A DNA stretch of 64,000 bases from Octopus sinensis (GCF_006345805.1 NC_042998.1:186062001-186126000); one strand, 5' to 3'; positions 36,328-49,726 are shown, numbered from the stretch's first letter. Numbers and translations are program-made. The notes: generated by a model not told the origin, from the sequence alone.

Positions 36328-36872
36328 ATGTTTACTTTTGAAAGTAGTGGTTTTCTGATTGCAGCCCACCGATGAAATCCAGCTTTGTGCAGCTCTCAGT
36401 GAACAGTTTTTGTGGAAACTGGGTTATCAAGGAGGCTTTGCAGTAATTTTGGGAGTTGTACTTTTGTCATCATTTCTAACAATTCATGCAAGAGTCTGAT
36501 GCTGACTATCTGAAAGTTTTGGTTTCCTTCCGGAGTTTTATTTTGACAAGGAGGTTTTTCCCTCTTTCTCAAAGGCTGTCATTACTTTTGGGACAGTACA
36601 TCTTGATACACCAAATATTTCAGCTGTTTTCGTTAGGCTAGTGCATACCACATGAGCACCAACAATTTGACCTCTTTGAAAGTGTGATATTCTCTCATTT
36701 TAATGGACTTTAATTGCCTTTTTCTGATGATATGTGAAAAGAAACAGCAATTTTAGCCGAACATATTAAACAGCACTAATAATAAATCAAAAAAACATTA
36801 AAATAAAAAATCGTTTTGTAGATATTTCCAAACTATGATGCTAGGTGTTCCCATTATTTTGTCCAAACCCTG
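36328..36872 (-). mobile_element. 5' half of the Tc1 (DD36E) family element
   Basis: Terminus cccattattttgtccaaaccctg plus the transposase N-terminal region; collinear with 43930-44466. Confidence 0.85.
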
Positions 36873-36898
36873 TGTATATGTGTATATGTACTTATATA

Positions 36899-36941
<43 letters not shown>

Positions 36942-37019
36942 TCCAGCTCAGAGCTGCGGCCATGCTGATGTACTGCTGTGTTGCTACACTATTATTACTG
37001 AGAGCCTCCTCCAATATGT

Positions 37020-37496
37020 GGCACTTCGTAAAGAATGGAGTTTGATATAGCTACCCTCATTTGCACCTCTTGCTGTGAAGTAGCTTCATCTGGGACTTTT
37101 GACAGGAGGTCTAGCTTTGATTTAAAAACATCTACATCTACTTTGTGCAAGTTCCTCAGGCTCTTTGGGAGAATATTAGAAAGCTGTGGGGCCCTGACAG
37201 TTGCAAAGAGACGATCTTCTTTGTGAATCTTCTCTGGATTGCTTCAAGGTCCACTGTTAATTTCACACTAGTGGGTGACCATAGCTGTGAGCAGTAATCC
37301 AGGCAGCTGAGGACAAATGTCCTCCAGAGGACCATCATAGTTTCCTTATCTCTGGTTCTGAATGTTCTTAGGATCCAGCCAGCCAGCCAGTCATCTGCAC
37401 TTTGTCACCATCCTGGTAATAATGTGCACTTGGAAAGAGGTATCATCACTCATGTCGATGCCCAGGTCCCTCACTGATTTAGGCTCTGCGATTGAA

Positions 37497-37497
<1 letters not shown>
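37020..37497 (-). mobile_element. CR1-clade LINE 3' ORF fragment
   Basis: Minus ORFs: KSVRDLGIDMSDDTSFQVHI..; LWRTFVLSCLDYCSQLWSPTSVKLTVDLEAIQRRFTKKI; NLHKVDVDVFKSKLDLLLSKVPDE. Confidence 0.85.
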
Positions 37498-37532
<35 letters not shown>

Positions 37533-38275
37533 TTCTTTGTAGACTCTTGTTTATATTGATCAGATATGGTGCATGTGAGTAATCTCAATGTGTTCCTACA
37601 TCATTATATTTTCTGTTTGTTGTTTGAGGAAAGAAATGATGGGTTTAGAAGGAACAACTTTGAGTTTATTTTTTGGGTAACTAGCTTTCTTGTACTTGAC
37701 GTAGGGATGGAGTTGTGCAGTTGTGTCTGGAAAATATAGTAAAGATGCAATTGTGTGTTTTGTGAATGTACGAACTGGTAGTCTAGCTATGAGTTAAAAA
37801 TAGTTTGTGAGAGGAGATAACAATATGGTACATAACTTTGCAAATTGCAACTTCTAAATGTTTTGTTCCTGTACTTAATTCACATGGATTTGGAGTTTTG
37901 GGAAGTGTTCCATTTACCAGTATTTTGTCTAGTTAAGAGGATTTTAGTATTTTGCTTATAATTGAGGAACAAGGAATCATCATACTTTGTTGATGCTGAT
38001 ATTTGTTAGGATGGTGAGTGCGGAGTATATTAATTGAAGTCTCAAAATAAAAAAGCCAAATGCACATTTTTCATTTAGGCTAGTGTTTTTCAAACTTTTC
38101 ATATCATCACCACCTTTCAAAGCATGTTTCATAAGCACTCCTAGTAAAGTCAATCAAAAATGGTTGTGAAAATTACATTTAAATAAAGTATTTTTATTTA
38201 GCCACTTATACAACTAAAAACATTATAAGTATATAATATTTAAAATTGTATATAATATTTAAAATTTAAAATTGT

Positions 38276-38608
38276 GAAGGTGCATGGCTCAGTGGTTAGA
38301 GTGTCGAGCTTACAATTGTGAGGTTGTGAGCTCGAATCCCAGACCGGGCTGCGTGTTGTGTTCTTGAGCAAGACACTATTTTATGTTGCTCCAGTTCACT
38401 CAGCTGTAGAAATGAGTTGTGACGTCACATGTGCCAAGCTGTATTGGCCCTTGCCTTTCCCTTGGATAACACTGGTGGCATGGAGAGGGGAGGCCGGTAT
38501 GCATGGGTAACTGCTTGTCTTCCATAAACAACCTTGCCCGGACTTGTACCTGGGAGGGTAGCTTTCTAGGTGCAATTCCATGGTCATTGTCATGACCGAA
38601 GGAGGTCT
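38276..38608 (+). mobile_element. tRNA-derived SINE (ttgagcaagacac..cactcagctgtagaaatgagt family)
   Basis: A-box TGGCTCAGTGG, B-box-like GCTCGAATCCC. Confidence 0.85.
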
Positions 38609-38859
38609 CAGAATAATATTTTAAATTACTTGATTTATTAAAGTGAAGAGTAAGCTTAATGTCATGAGACTAATATTTCCATATTTTGCTCATTATTAGT
38701 CAGCAGCATTCTTTAATTGCCCCATTCTGCTATTTGCAGTGGGATTTTTTTATGTCCAAAGATCTATAACAATACTAAATCCATCTTCAACTAAATATGT
38801 TAATGGAAATGCAATGAGGAGCTTTTACTCACTAGCCCATAATCAAGGATAAAGAATTA

Positions 38860-40440
38860 TAATTTCATATTACAATCTTTAATAATGTTCTCCATTCTTA
38901 AACTTGAGCTTTTACTCTCTATTGATTTTTAAAAATTCAATCAACTTCTATATTGTAGAAGAGCCATTTACTGATACAAAGCTATTAAATTCACTTTAAG
39001 CTTTATTTCATGAGGTGTCGAAATTTTCATTGCACAGCTGCGACTTGGTCACCGATACAACAAATTTAACAGCTTCATGTGTTGTTAAATGGCTTTTTCA
39101 CAAAGTGATTGCCTCAGTTTCAACACATGGTCTCATATACAATTCAAATATACAATTCAAAAACCTGTAATTCAGTCAGTTCTTCTAATTTCGTTTCTGT
39201 TTTCAGAATATTTGAAAATGGATCCAAAGCCCAATACAAATCTTTAAATCATTTGGAGAATTCTTATGTAAAGCTTCCCAATGGTGATAGTAGACCTCAA
39301 TATCATCATCATATATTTCTATTAATTTTCTTTGAGTGCAGAAAAACTCAGAAACTGGTAGAATTCTCTTCTCATATTGCATTTGAGCAGAATAAGATTT
39401 TAAACAAATGAACACTCGACAGCTTTTTGCTTTAATCAAATTCTGTTCATTTTATAGATGCAAATTTATTTAATTAAACTTGACATATAAATTTGACATA
39501 TAGGTTATGTCACATTTAAACTTTTCCCACTTGTTTTGCATGAAAACATCATTAATTTCTATGAATTCCAAAACTGTCATAAAAACCCCGCTAAAAACAG
39601 CAACTCAAGGAATACCTCTTTGACAACCAATGAACTTCAGTTTGGAATAGCAAGTGATTAAACACCTCATTTCTTTGTTCATGCAGCTATCCAAATAATC
39701 TGTCAATAATTCAGAGAATTGTTTCTAATTTTGTTATTTGTTGTAATGATGTATTGCAATGAGCTCTGCAAGCAATTGCTAAGGTTGTTTTGCAACTGTC
39801 GTTGATGAGTTATGTATTGCACTGCCAATACCTTTGACACTTTGTTGTTAAGTATGCAGTGAATCAACTGAGCCATTCTACTATCAGTTGAGTTCCATCA
39901 TTTGAAACTATCATATTTATAAGAGGTATCTCCTTTTCATAAAAAAAAAAAAATCCTTCCATAACAAGAAATATGAACATTACTTCAATATTTGTTACCA
40001 AATATCCGGCATATAATAATTCTTGAATTGTTTTCTCTTCATCAAGCTATCAGTAAGGTTTCATTGCCCAGTAAGGTTGATTCATCCATTTGTAATTAAA
40101 ATTGAACAGCCCCCAGGAAATTATATAACATGACTCCTACATCCTTACCCATTTCATCAATTTATCATTGTATTATTTGCTCGATGGAATTTTCTTATTT
40201 ATATTTTTTTACTAAGAGGATCAGTTTATTGCCAGTACTATGTGACTTTCTGTAATGTGGATGGAAACATACTTGACTACATTGGTTGTTTGCAAAATTG
40301 ATCATGAAGTACTTTAAAATATGATAAATCTTTATTTGTCTTGTCAGTATGTTTTTTTTTAATTTTTGGTCAAGCACTCTTCTGATGTTGAAGGTTTCAT
40401 CGACCCATTGGAAATTACTTTTGGCTAATCAGGCAAAATT
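38860..40440 (-). pseudogene. hAT/Charlie-type (ZBED8/SCAND3-like) transposase relic
   Basis: Minus pseudo-translation: ISNGSMKPS..HTDKTNKDLSYF; VLAVQYITHQRQLQNNLSNCLQSSLQYII..NKIRNNSLN; LLFQTEVHWLSK; YDDDIEVYYHHWEALH. Many stops and frameshifts; no termini identified. Confidence 0.8.
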
Positions 40441-40529
40441 ATTCAACACTTCCATGATTTATTCAATACTGTACTGCCAATATTTCACAATACTCTCGTT
40501 GTTATATTTATAAAAGATGTAGTTTAAGT

Positions 40530-40895
40530 GGATTAATAATGAGATTATTGTATACAGTGCCCAGGTGCACCACAACTTGTCAAAAGTGTGTATAAAGCAT
40601 ATGCAGTAATGTGCAAATGTCTGGGAAGTGAACAGTGTATCAGTCATATACATGCTTGCATGTGTATGGAGGGGAGAAAATCAGGTGTAGTGTTGGCGAA
40701 TCTCAGGAAGCATGGAAGTTTTGAAGGATGCAGTGCTCCGATAACTAACAACTGATGCCAGCTGTTTGTTCCATGCTTCAGCAATTCTTAGTGTGAAAAA
40801 ATGTTTCCAAAAGTCATGGGAGCTGTGCTGTTTTCTGACTTTGTAAACATGTCCACAGGTGTTAGACAGGTGGAGTTTGAAAAGGTGCTCGGAGT
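40530..40895 (-). mobile_element. CR1-clade LINE 3' end (longer copy)
   Basis: Minus: EHLFKLHLSNTCGHVYKVRKQHSSHDFWKHFFTLRIAEAWNKQLASVVS; (ATT)n tail. Confidence 0.85.
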
Positions 40896-40939
40896 TATTG
40901 ATTATTATTTAGTTTTTATATTTATATTGTTCATTAATA

Positions 40940-41340
40940 GGTGCACTCATGGTTGCATGGAAAGAAATCTGTTTCCTCACTACATGGTTCCAAGTTTACT
41001 CCCACTGCATGGTACCTTGGGCAAGTGCCTTCTACTATAGCTCCAGGCTGACCAAAGCCTTGAAGTGGATTTAGTAGAAGGAAACTGAAAGTAGCACATC
41101 ATATATAAGTGGATATATCTATGTGGCTTTGTCCCCCCCACCACCACCATTGCTTGACAATTGCTGTTGGTTTGCATACATTCCTGTAACTTAGTGGTTT
41201 GCTGAAAGTAACTGATAGAATAAGTACCAAGCTTTAAAAACTGAGTACTGGAGTGGCTTGAGTTAATGTTAATTTATTCAACCAAATCCTTTCAAGGCAG
41301 TATCCTAAGAAGATTAGAGTCCAAGTAAAATATAAAAGTA
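40940..41340 (+). mobile_element. CORE-type SINE
   Basis: cccactgcatggtaccttgggcaagtgccttctactatagc..gatagaataagtaccaagc. Confidence 0.75.
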
Positions 41341-41349
41341 TAGATCACA

Positions 41350-41900
41350 CTGTGTGTTTAACAGAAGTTACAATTTTTGCAGTCTTCGCCTCTTTCCTGC
41401 CCCTTACTCTCCAATGTCTTCAACAGCATCTTGACTTTGAGTGTCCTTTTAGTGTCCCCAAAAAGATGATAGTACCCACTTTAAGAATCACTTATTTAAA
41501 ACATGGAGCCATCAGCCCATCAAGTAGCCTGTGTAAGGTGTGTAAGTAATGTTGGCAATGGACAATCTGTTACAAGATGGAAAGTAAAATGTGTGGTTTG
41601 GGGATGTTGAAGGTTTTTCTAGGGTCTTTGGTGGTACACATAGAAGGGTGATGTGCAAAACAATTTGGATTAGGGTCTTGTTAAATTTTAAAATTGCTTT
41701 AATTTTGCCCTATCCTTAAATTCTATGGATTTTGTAGTTTTGGTATGTGTAGTTGAAGATGTTACTGATTGCAAGCTTGATACTGATTGATACTTGTTCA
41801 TGATTTTATCAGGCCCTCAGTATTTTGAGTTTTAGGATTTTACTTATACTTCGGAAAGATGTTAAAGTTGTGATCCAGGTGAATGATGTATACTTTTTTC
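41350..41900 (-). mobile_element. Highly degenerate LINE RT fragment (I/Jockey/CR1 group)
   Basis: Minus strand GPDKIMNKY, a typical start-of-RT motif, followed by decayed RT-like sequence. Confidence 0.35.
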
Positions 41901-43359
41901 TTCTGACTTCTTTGAGCTTTTGGTTACAGATTTTGGCAAATCATCATCATCATCATCATCATTTAACGTCCATTGTCCATGCTGGCATGGGTTGGACAAG
42001 TGTTTAATAATTGTTGAAGTGTGACTATGGTGTCATGTGTTGTTATTGATAATCATTTTATACAATACTTTACTAATTTTTTCGTAGTTTTTGTTGGAGA
42101 CAAATATTTAAAGCAATAATAAATCTCTGAACGAGATGTAAGCTGGAGATAATGTTCTCCTGGGGCTACAAGCTACAGTAACACCCACCCTTAGTGGTTA
42201 GCCATATTGAGATGGCTAGTATACCTTACATTAAATATTTAAAGGTTTTCTATTTATGTTTCTCCTTATTTTAGTTACTTGATATTGAGTTTTATTTCAG
42301 TTGGCCCCTGTGCTTTCTTTAATGTTGTGTTGTTCCCTTGGCCAAGGTGAATTTTACCTCTTCTTGTCTCATTTTCCATTAATGAAAACAGTTGCATTCC
42401 TTCTTCACATTTGAGTAGTTAATTGTAGGAAATACACTGTTAAATACAACTGTTAAAACAGTTGCTACAACTGTATGCTAAACTCAAACCATCAATATTA
42501 ACCTAACAAAACAAACAACAGATGAGACAGAAAAAAACGACATTTTATAAGTTATAAGTTTTTGTGGAGAAATATGTAACTGGATGTCATGAAATTTAAA
42601 TTGTAACTAGTTTGATCATTATACTTTTAATTTAACAAAAGTAATAAATTGAAGTTTTAAATGTTAAACATTTATTTAACATTTGAAATGCTTAACAAAT
42701 TTTAATCATGTGTATGTCATGCACTTATTTCAAATATGTAATTTTTGTAATAATTTAAAAATAGTTAGTTGATAATGTCAGTTGCTTTATGTCATCAAAT
42801 CATGCAAAAAAACATGTACATTTAAACATTAAGTTTTATCTGGATAATATTTTGAACAATATAACTTCAACAAATATTCAATTTTAATTGTAAATCAAAT
42901 TTTTTATTCTTTTTATTTTATTTTTTCTTGTCAGTTTTATTATTCTTATATTACAGATTATAGGATCAACATTAATAAAATTCCAAACCTTTTAGCTTTA
43001 CTTTCCTTATGCAAAAGCATAAAAACCTATAATGTTTAGTTCTGCTGCTCCTCAGAATTTGCAAGTATTTTATTAAAGAATACATTTTACGAAAGAAGTT
43101 ATTCTATAGAATTTACATTTTCAAGCAATTTTACAGAGCTCTTTGTTGATATCTTTGTTATAATAAATTATAATTCTTTAAGACATGCAATGCATGCATA
43201 TATATAAAGTGTATATTGTAACATATTTAATGTAATGTATGTATGTAATGTAGTATGCAACATATGAAAGCAATGTATGTAATGTATGGAAACAATGTAA
43301 TGTGTGTATGCAATGTAGGTATGTGTGTAATGTATGCATATAATGTTTGTATGGATGCA

Positions 43360-44466
43360 CAGGGGTTGGACAAAATAATGACTTTGGGAGTAATTACAGC
43401 TTGAATTCTATGAGGTAGGGACTCCTACAAGGTTTGAATAGTTTCCAAAGCTAAAACAGTCTCCAGTTCTTGTAGTGATGATGGTAGAGGATATTGACTC
43501 CTTACTTGTTTTTCTATATCACCAAAAATGTTCAATAATATTGAGATCTGGGGACTGTGGTGGCCTGATAAGCTGTTCAACTTCACTAGAATATTCCTCA
43601 TGCCATTCAGTAACAACTTTAGCTGTATGAATTGGTGAATTATCATCCTGAAAAATTGCGTTTCCCTCCGGAAATAGTTCTGCTAACATAGGATGAATTT
43701 GATCAGGTAAAATGCTTAAATAGTCTTGACTATTAATTCTGCCATGAAGGAAAACCATTGGGCTGGCGGATTTCCAAGATATACCCCGCCAGATCATCAC
43801 AGATCCTCCTCCATGTTTAACAGTTGGAAGAAAATAGTCTGGGTCAACTCATCTGAGAAAATAACATTCTTCCACTGCTCTGTGGAACAATTCTGTTGGT
43901 TTTTACTCCACTCTAAATGCTTTGCAATGTTTGTTTTCGAAAGTAGTGGTTTTCTGATTGCAGTCCTCCAATGAAAACCAGCTTTGTGCAGCTTCTGGCA
44001 AATGGTTTTTGTGGAAACTGAGTTCTCGAGGTGGTCATTAAGCTCTGCAGCAATTTTGGGAGCTGTACTTTTGTGATCCTTTCTAACAATTCATGTAAGA
44101 GTCTGACAGTCCCTATCTGAAAGCTTTGGTTTTCTTCCAGAGTTTTGTTTCGATAAGGAGGTTTTTCCCTCTTTCTCAAAGGCTGTCATTACTTTCGAGA
44201 CAGTACTTCTTGATAAACCAAATATTTCAGCTGTTTTCATTACGCTAATGCCTACCATACTAGCACCAACAATTTGACCTCTTTGAAAGTCTGATAGATC
44301 TATCATTTTCATGAATTTTAATTACCGTTTTCTGATGATATCGGAAAAGAAATACTGATACTAAATCAAAGACCATAAAAATAAATAAGCTTTTGACAGT
44401 TTTATAGATAATTCAAAATTATGATGCTATGATGCTAGGTGTTTCTATTATTTTGTCCAACCCATG
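43360..44466 (-). mobile_element. Tc1/mariner transposon with DD36E spacing (Incomer-like), defective
   Basis: Termini CAGGGGTTGGACAAAATAATG (43360) and TATTATTTTGTCCAACCCATG-TA (44466). ORF pieces MIDLSDFQRGQIVGA..(HTH), VIFSDE and FQDDNSPIH..PPQSPDLNIIE, with 36 residues between D and E. Frameshifts and an internal deletion between SDE and PTVKHGGGSVMIW. Confidence 0.92.
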
Positions 44467-44499
44467 TATGTATATAATATATACATGTATATAATGTAT

Positions 44500-44660
44500 G
44501 CATAGGTGCATTATGGCCAGAGGGTTAAGAAATTTGCTTTGCAAATATGAAGTCCTGGCTTTGATCCTCTGCATAGCATCTTGGACAAGTGTCACTTTTT
44601 ATACAGCTTCAGATTGACCTACATCTTGTGAATTAAACTGGATCAACAGAAACTGTGCAG
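44500..44660 (+). mobile_element. Degenerate CORE-type SINE head
   Basis: gcatagcatcttggacaagtgtcac..cttgtgaattaaactgg. Confidence 0.5.
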
Positions 44661-45179
44661 AAGCTGGTCAGATGGTCTGTAATTCAAATGTTTGGCCTTG
44701 TTGCACTGTGTTATTCTGATTTTACTAAGTATTACAATAAGGGTACACAAGTCTGTGGAATACTCAACCACTTACGTGCTAATTCAATGAGCTTAACTGA
44801 TCAAAGAACTGACAACTTATTGGCAATTCTTGTCTCAATCCATTTATTATTTCTAATATACATTTGTATATAATATATACATGTAATATATACATGTAAT
44901 GTATGTATGTAATCTATGTATGTATTGTATATATGTGTAATGAATGCATCTATGTATTTAATATATACTTATTCTGAAGGAGTATGTGTAAATATATCTA
45001 TATTTGTAATATAAATCCTGTCAGCACTTCCTCTTTGAACTCAATGTAGCTCATTCCTCACTTTATACCAATCAATCAGCATTTTATACCAATCAAATCT
45101 CTTAAGTAATGGAATAGAATTAATTCAAATCTCAAATAGTCTCTTATATCAACCATTTTTTTAAATGTGAAACAAAGTT

Positions 45180-45326
45180 GGAGAGAGAGGTGGAGGAAAG
45201 GGAGAGAGATGGGGATGGGAGTGAGAAGTGAGAGAGAGGGGAAGGGGAGCGAAGAGTGAGAGAGAGGGGAGGGGAGCGAAGAGTGAGAGAGAGGGGAGGG
45301 GAGCAAAGAGAGAGCGAGAGAGAGAG
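45180..45326. repeat. Purine-rich low-complexity tract with about 27-30 bp GGGGAGGGGAGCGAAGAGTGAGAGAGA repeats
   Basis: Directly visible; polypurine on the + strand. Confidence 0.85.
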
Positions 45327-45884
45327 CAATGTTTCCTGTCTCCTGTATCAGTGCATAATGATATTCCTTCATGTTAGGTGACATCATGGTTTCCTCCATG
45401 TAAGGTGAATATTGACTAGTCTCAGTTTTCAACAAGGAAGCTATTAGAAGGTTGCTCAATCAGCTGGAAATAGGAACCAATTCTTTCACATAACATCTTA
45501 TCATCTTAAAGGATACCTTTCATCATAGGTCTGCTTAGTCAGGGTTGATGGGTTGAACAACAATGACCTAGTTAACCTCATGTCAGAAAGTGATTCCTTC
45601 TATGCGGTTGCTTGGCCTCAAATCACACTTAAATTGGTAAAGGACATAATGAGCAATTTGATCGTATATGTACACAAAGGTGAAATACTACATATAAACT
45701 AGAAAACTACTTACAGGGTGATGTTTCTCTTACATACATAATATACTGTATGTAATGTGTACGTATATTATGTATTGCATGCTATGCAATGTTTATTGTG
45801 CAACATTTTATGTAATATACGCTGTGTAATATATGCTAGGTACTTTGTTATATAATGTGCATTATGCAATGTATGTAATGTATA

Positions 45885-46160
45885 TCTATCATACAAAATC
45901 CGTTGTCTGTTTGTGTGTGTGTCTTCTAGGATCTCGGGCATCTTCCATTCGATTGTGCTCAAATTTGATATGTAGATACCAACGGTATCAGGGCGTGTAT
46001 AAGTTTTGAAAAAATTACAAAAATCGATTACAGGTGAGAATGTGATCGGTAAAGCCGTGGGAACGTGCATTTGTACATGCAAGTACATCAGCTGTTGCAA
46101 TCAATACTACGCATATGCGAGAAAAATGCATGTGCAGTTTGTGCAAAAAAAGCTGGCTAG
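45885..46160 (+). mobile_element. Possible non-autonomous Helitron
   Basis: 5' A|TC terminus (tctatcatacaaaatccgttgtctgtttgtgtg), 3' CTAG at 46157-46160, subterminal palindrome CGCATATGCG; the following base is C rather than the expected T. Confidence 0.4.
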
Positions 46161-46499
46161 CTTGAAATAATGCCACAAAATGCAGAATATTTAAGAGACC
46201 AAAAAAGTAAGATGCAAAAGAGATATTTTCTTGAAACCTGGCATGAAGGAAGGAAAGCCTATTTGGTTTCTCAAGAAGTTTTTTTTTTTGCCTTAACTTC
46301 GTTTAACAAAACCAAAAATTTTATTGAAATAAAGGTGTGCTTAATTATTTTTTAATGAAAAGGAAACACTGATTGCTTTTTATTCAGCAGATATGATTCA
46401 GCACTGTCCATTGGACGGTGGGGGAAGGCGTTTTGTTCGTATGTAAATAAAATACATATGTAACTTTGTAAGTAAATTTAAGATTAACCCTAGCCGTAA

Positions 46500-46881
46500 T
46501 ATAAAAATAAAAATCGAAATCGATCAACATCAATGGAAATTGTAACTGTGATACCAGTGCTGGTGGCATATAGGAGAACCATCTGAACGTGGCCGTTGCC
46601 AGCGCCGCCCCGACTGGCCTCCGTGCCAGTGGCACGTAAAAAGTACCATCCGATCGTGGTCGTTTGCCAGCCTTGTCTGGCACCTGTGCCAGTGGCACGT
46701 AAAAAGCACCCACTACACTCACAGGGTGGTTGGCGTTCGGAAGGGCATCCAGCCGTAGAAACATTGCCAGATCAGACTGGGCCTGGTGCAGCCTTCTGGC
46801 TTCCCAGACCCCAGTTGAACCGTCCAACCCATGCTAGCATGGAAAGTGGATGCTAAACGATGATGATGATGATGATGATGA
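46500..46881 (+). mobile_element. RTE-type 3' UTR copy with the alternative leader (aaataaaaatc..ggaaattgta)
   Basis: Leader, tandem units and standard tail with (GAT)n. Confidence 0.85.
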
Positions 46882-48470
46882 TAGTACCAATTTGTCTTCT
46901 AATTAAATGTCTCGCATTGACTTTTTATTGATCCAGTAGACTATCTTCAGAAGAAAATGATGAAATTCAAATATTAATAACTCAATCTTTATCTCTGCAA
47001 GATAATTCTGCTTTTGTATAGTCTAAAATTATTTCTTATTTATACAATTTCCAGTTCTTTGAATGAGGGCAAACATGTACCATACATTCATTTCAACAAT
47101 AGTATATACAGCAGTTACTGATAACAGATGGTTCTGAATGGGTGAAGATTTAATCTGAATTGTGCTTCCATTTGATGTTTATTCAGTTTTGTTAAAGATC
47201 TTAATCACTTTGGCAACCTATCTTTGGAATTCTGATCTAACAAATACAAACAAATAATAATAGAAAACACATGTCTAATGTGAATTTACAACAATTCACA
47301 TCTGAGCCAATATTTATGGAAGTTTTTACTTCCAAATAAAAATGGGTTGATCTATTTTCAAAATAATTTTAAAATTAATTTAGCAAATAGAATTATAATG
47401 CAGTACGGAATTTTCTCGGTGAACAGGTCGTGGTCTCAAAGCGACGAAAATGTTTTGGCAAATTAAATTTAAATGTTGAAGTGAATCTAACAGTTTTTGT
47501 GTGTTTTTATTAAATGGTTTATAAACACCTTCCACACTACAATTATAATGCCTATATTTCATTATTTCCTCTTTGGCTGTTCATAATTATTAAGTAATCA
47601 ATGATGATTTTTATCAACTTAAGGAGAGGAGAGAAAACCAGATGTGGTATCCACTAACAAAGGAAAAACCATCGATATTCACAACTATTAACATAATATT
47701 ATAGCTAAAGTGAATTTAGTTAAGCCAGGTCATTAATACTTTTCACTAATAATTTATCTTTAGAACCCTTACCTCTGATGTGAATGGTGTTAGAATAATA
47801 TATTTTTTCCCCATATATTGTAATATAGTAATATATCGTTAAGAATTATGAGGAAAATAGATCTTTCAAAGTCCCAAAATTCCATAGTCACATTTAGTTT
47901 TATTATACAATAACTGAGGCACAATACTCTTTATTTATTTATTTATTTTTGCTTTAATTTTACTTTTAGTGAAATGCTCATTAAAATAACATATTATGGT
48001 TTCCTGCAGTTCAGTAAATAGTTAACATTTCAATTGACATATGCTTATATGTATGTCATTTTTTTTTTAATGTAGTGGTGCTTGGTAGCAGCAATGGTAG
48101 TCACTCTCTGTCTGTGTCCCCTTCTGCTTATATTACTACTACTACTATAGTGAATTTTTCAATTTAGCCTTGTCAGTTCCATTACTAATGCTCAGTTTAT
48201 CTGTGTTTCTCTGGCTTATAACATTCAGTGAGAGAAAAAGAAAGGGGAGAGAGAAGGAGAGAAAAAGATCTTTGTTTTCTCTATTACACGCTGTATTTTT
48301 CTCTACATCTCTCTTCTCTCTTTCTCCCTTTCTCTCTCTCTCACTCTATGTATGTATGTATGTGTGTGTGTATATATATACATAGTTGAAATTTACAGAA
48401 CAACATAAGACAAAAATAGGTGTATAAACAAGCAAGTGCATTAGTTTGAATCTCAGGAAGGTGAGAAAAT

Positions 48471-48506
48471 CTTTTATGTTTCGAGCCTATGCTCTTCAAC
48501 AGAAAG
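48471..48506 (-). ncRNA. Degenerate minimal type I hammerhead motif (Penelope-type)
   Basis: Minus: CUUU-CUGUUGA-A-GAGC-AUAG-GCUC-GAAAC-AUA/AAAG. Stem I and stem II pair perfectly; core CUGUUGA and stem III (ACAU for ACGU) are mutated. Confidence 0.5.
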
Positions 48507-48544
48507 GAACACAGGGAGATAAACAGAGAGAGAATAAAACATAT

Positions 48545-48617
<73 letters not shown>

Positions 48618-49127
48618 TTACATTTGGGATGCTAATCTCTGAAACTTTTTTTCATTCCCATGAGTTCCTATGTAACTCTTCTTGTCATCATTTTAAATTT
48701 CACAGTAATTTCACCAAGCTTCCCCACCCCATGTCTCTTTGACCTAAGAGCAAGCTGTCATTAGGTGAGTGTGTGTGTGTGTGTACAAGATTCATCTTCC
48801 ATGGAGATAACAATCAAAGAAGCAGCACTAAAAATAGAACATAGTTGTATTTGTTTTCTTTATTATTGTTGTTGTCATCATTATTGCTGTAGAATAATAT
48901 AACTGCAAAGCTCAAAGTAAATCTGATATCATTAATATTCCAGAATGTTAGAGCTAACTCTATCAATCACAGAAAGCCAATCAATAAAAGTAGTATGTTG
49001 TATTTATATGGACATTATTATTTGATTAGCTCTCAAGCATTGACAAACCATTTGCACAGGGCAAATTACTACAAAGGTTAGCAATTGGGACATCTGATCT
49101 CAGTACACAAGAATGTCTGGATTTCTT

Positions 49128-49345
49128 TCATCATCATCATCATCATTGTTTAACGTCCGCTTTCCATGCTAGCATGGGTTGGACGGTTTGACTGGGGGCT
49201 GGTGAACCAGATGGCTGCACCAGGCTCCAATCTTGATCTGGCAGAGTTTCTACAGCTGGATGCCCTTCCTAACGCCAACCACTCTGAGAGTGTAGTGGGT
49301 GCTTTTATGTGCCACTGGCACGCGGCCAGTCAGGCGGCACTGGCA
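49128..49345 (-). mobile_element. RTE 3' UTR copy, antisense
   Basis: (cat)n-tgtttaacgtccgctttccatgctagcatggg..gtgccactggcac. Confidence 0.9.
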
Positions 49346-49487
49346 ATGAACTCGCTCTATAGTATTAATTTCAGATAGTATTAATTTGTTCTTTTAGAGA
49401 TAAAAGATGGTTTGGATGTTGAAGCAGATGATTATGAATAGTATGAATTAAGCTTCAACATTAGTTGATAAAAACTAATGTTCCTTC

Positions 49488-49726
49488 TCTAGCCATGCCA
49501 GGCTCATAAGGGACGGTTTCCCGGTTTCAGTAGCATAGAAATTCCCCACCTGGATGGAACGCCGGTTCATCTTAGGATTACTCATTTTTTCCAGCTGAGT
49601 GGCCTAGAGCAACATGAAATGAAGTGTTTTACTCAAGAACACAACGCATCACTCGGTCCAGTAATCGGAAGCACAACCTTACGATCATGATGCTGACACC
49701 CTAACCACTAACCCACGTGCCTCCAC
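49488..49726 (-). mobile_element. tRNA SINE, antisense (same family as 38276-38608)
   Basis: actcattttttccagctgagtgg..aagtgttttactcaagaacacaacgc..ctaaccactaacccacgtgcctcc. Confidence 0.7.
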
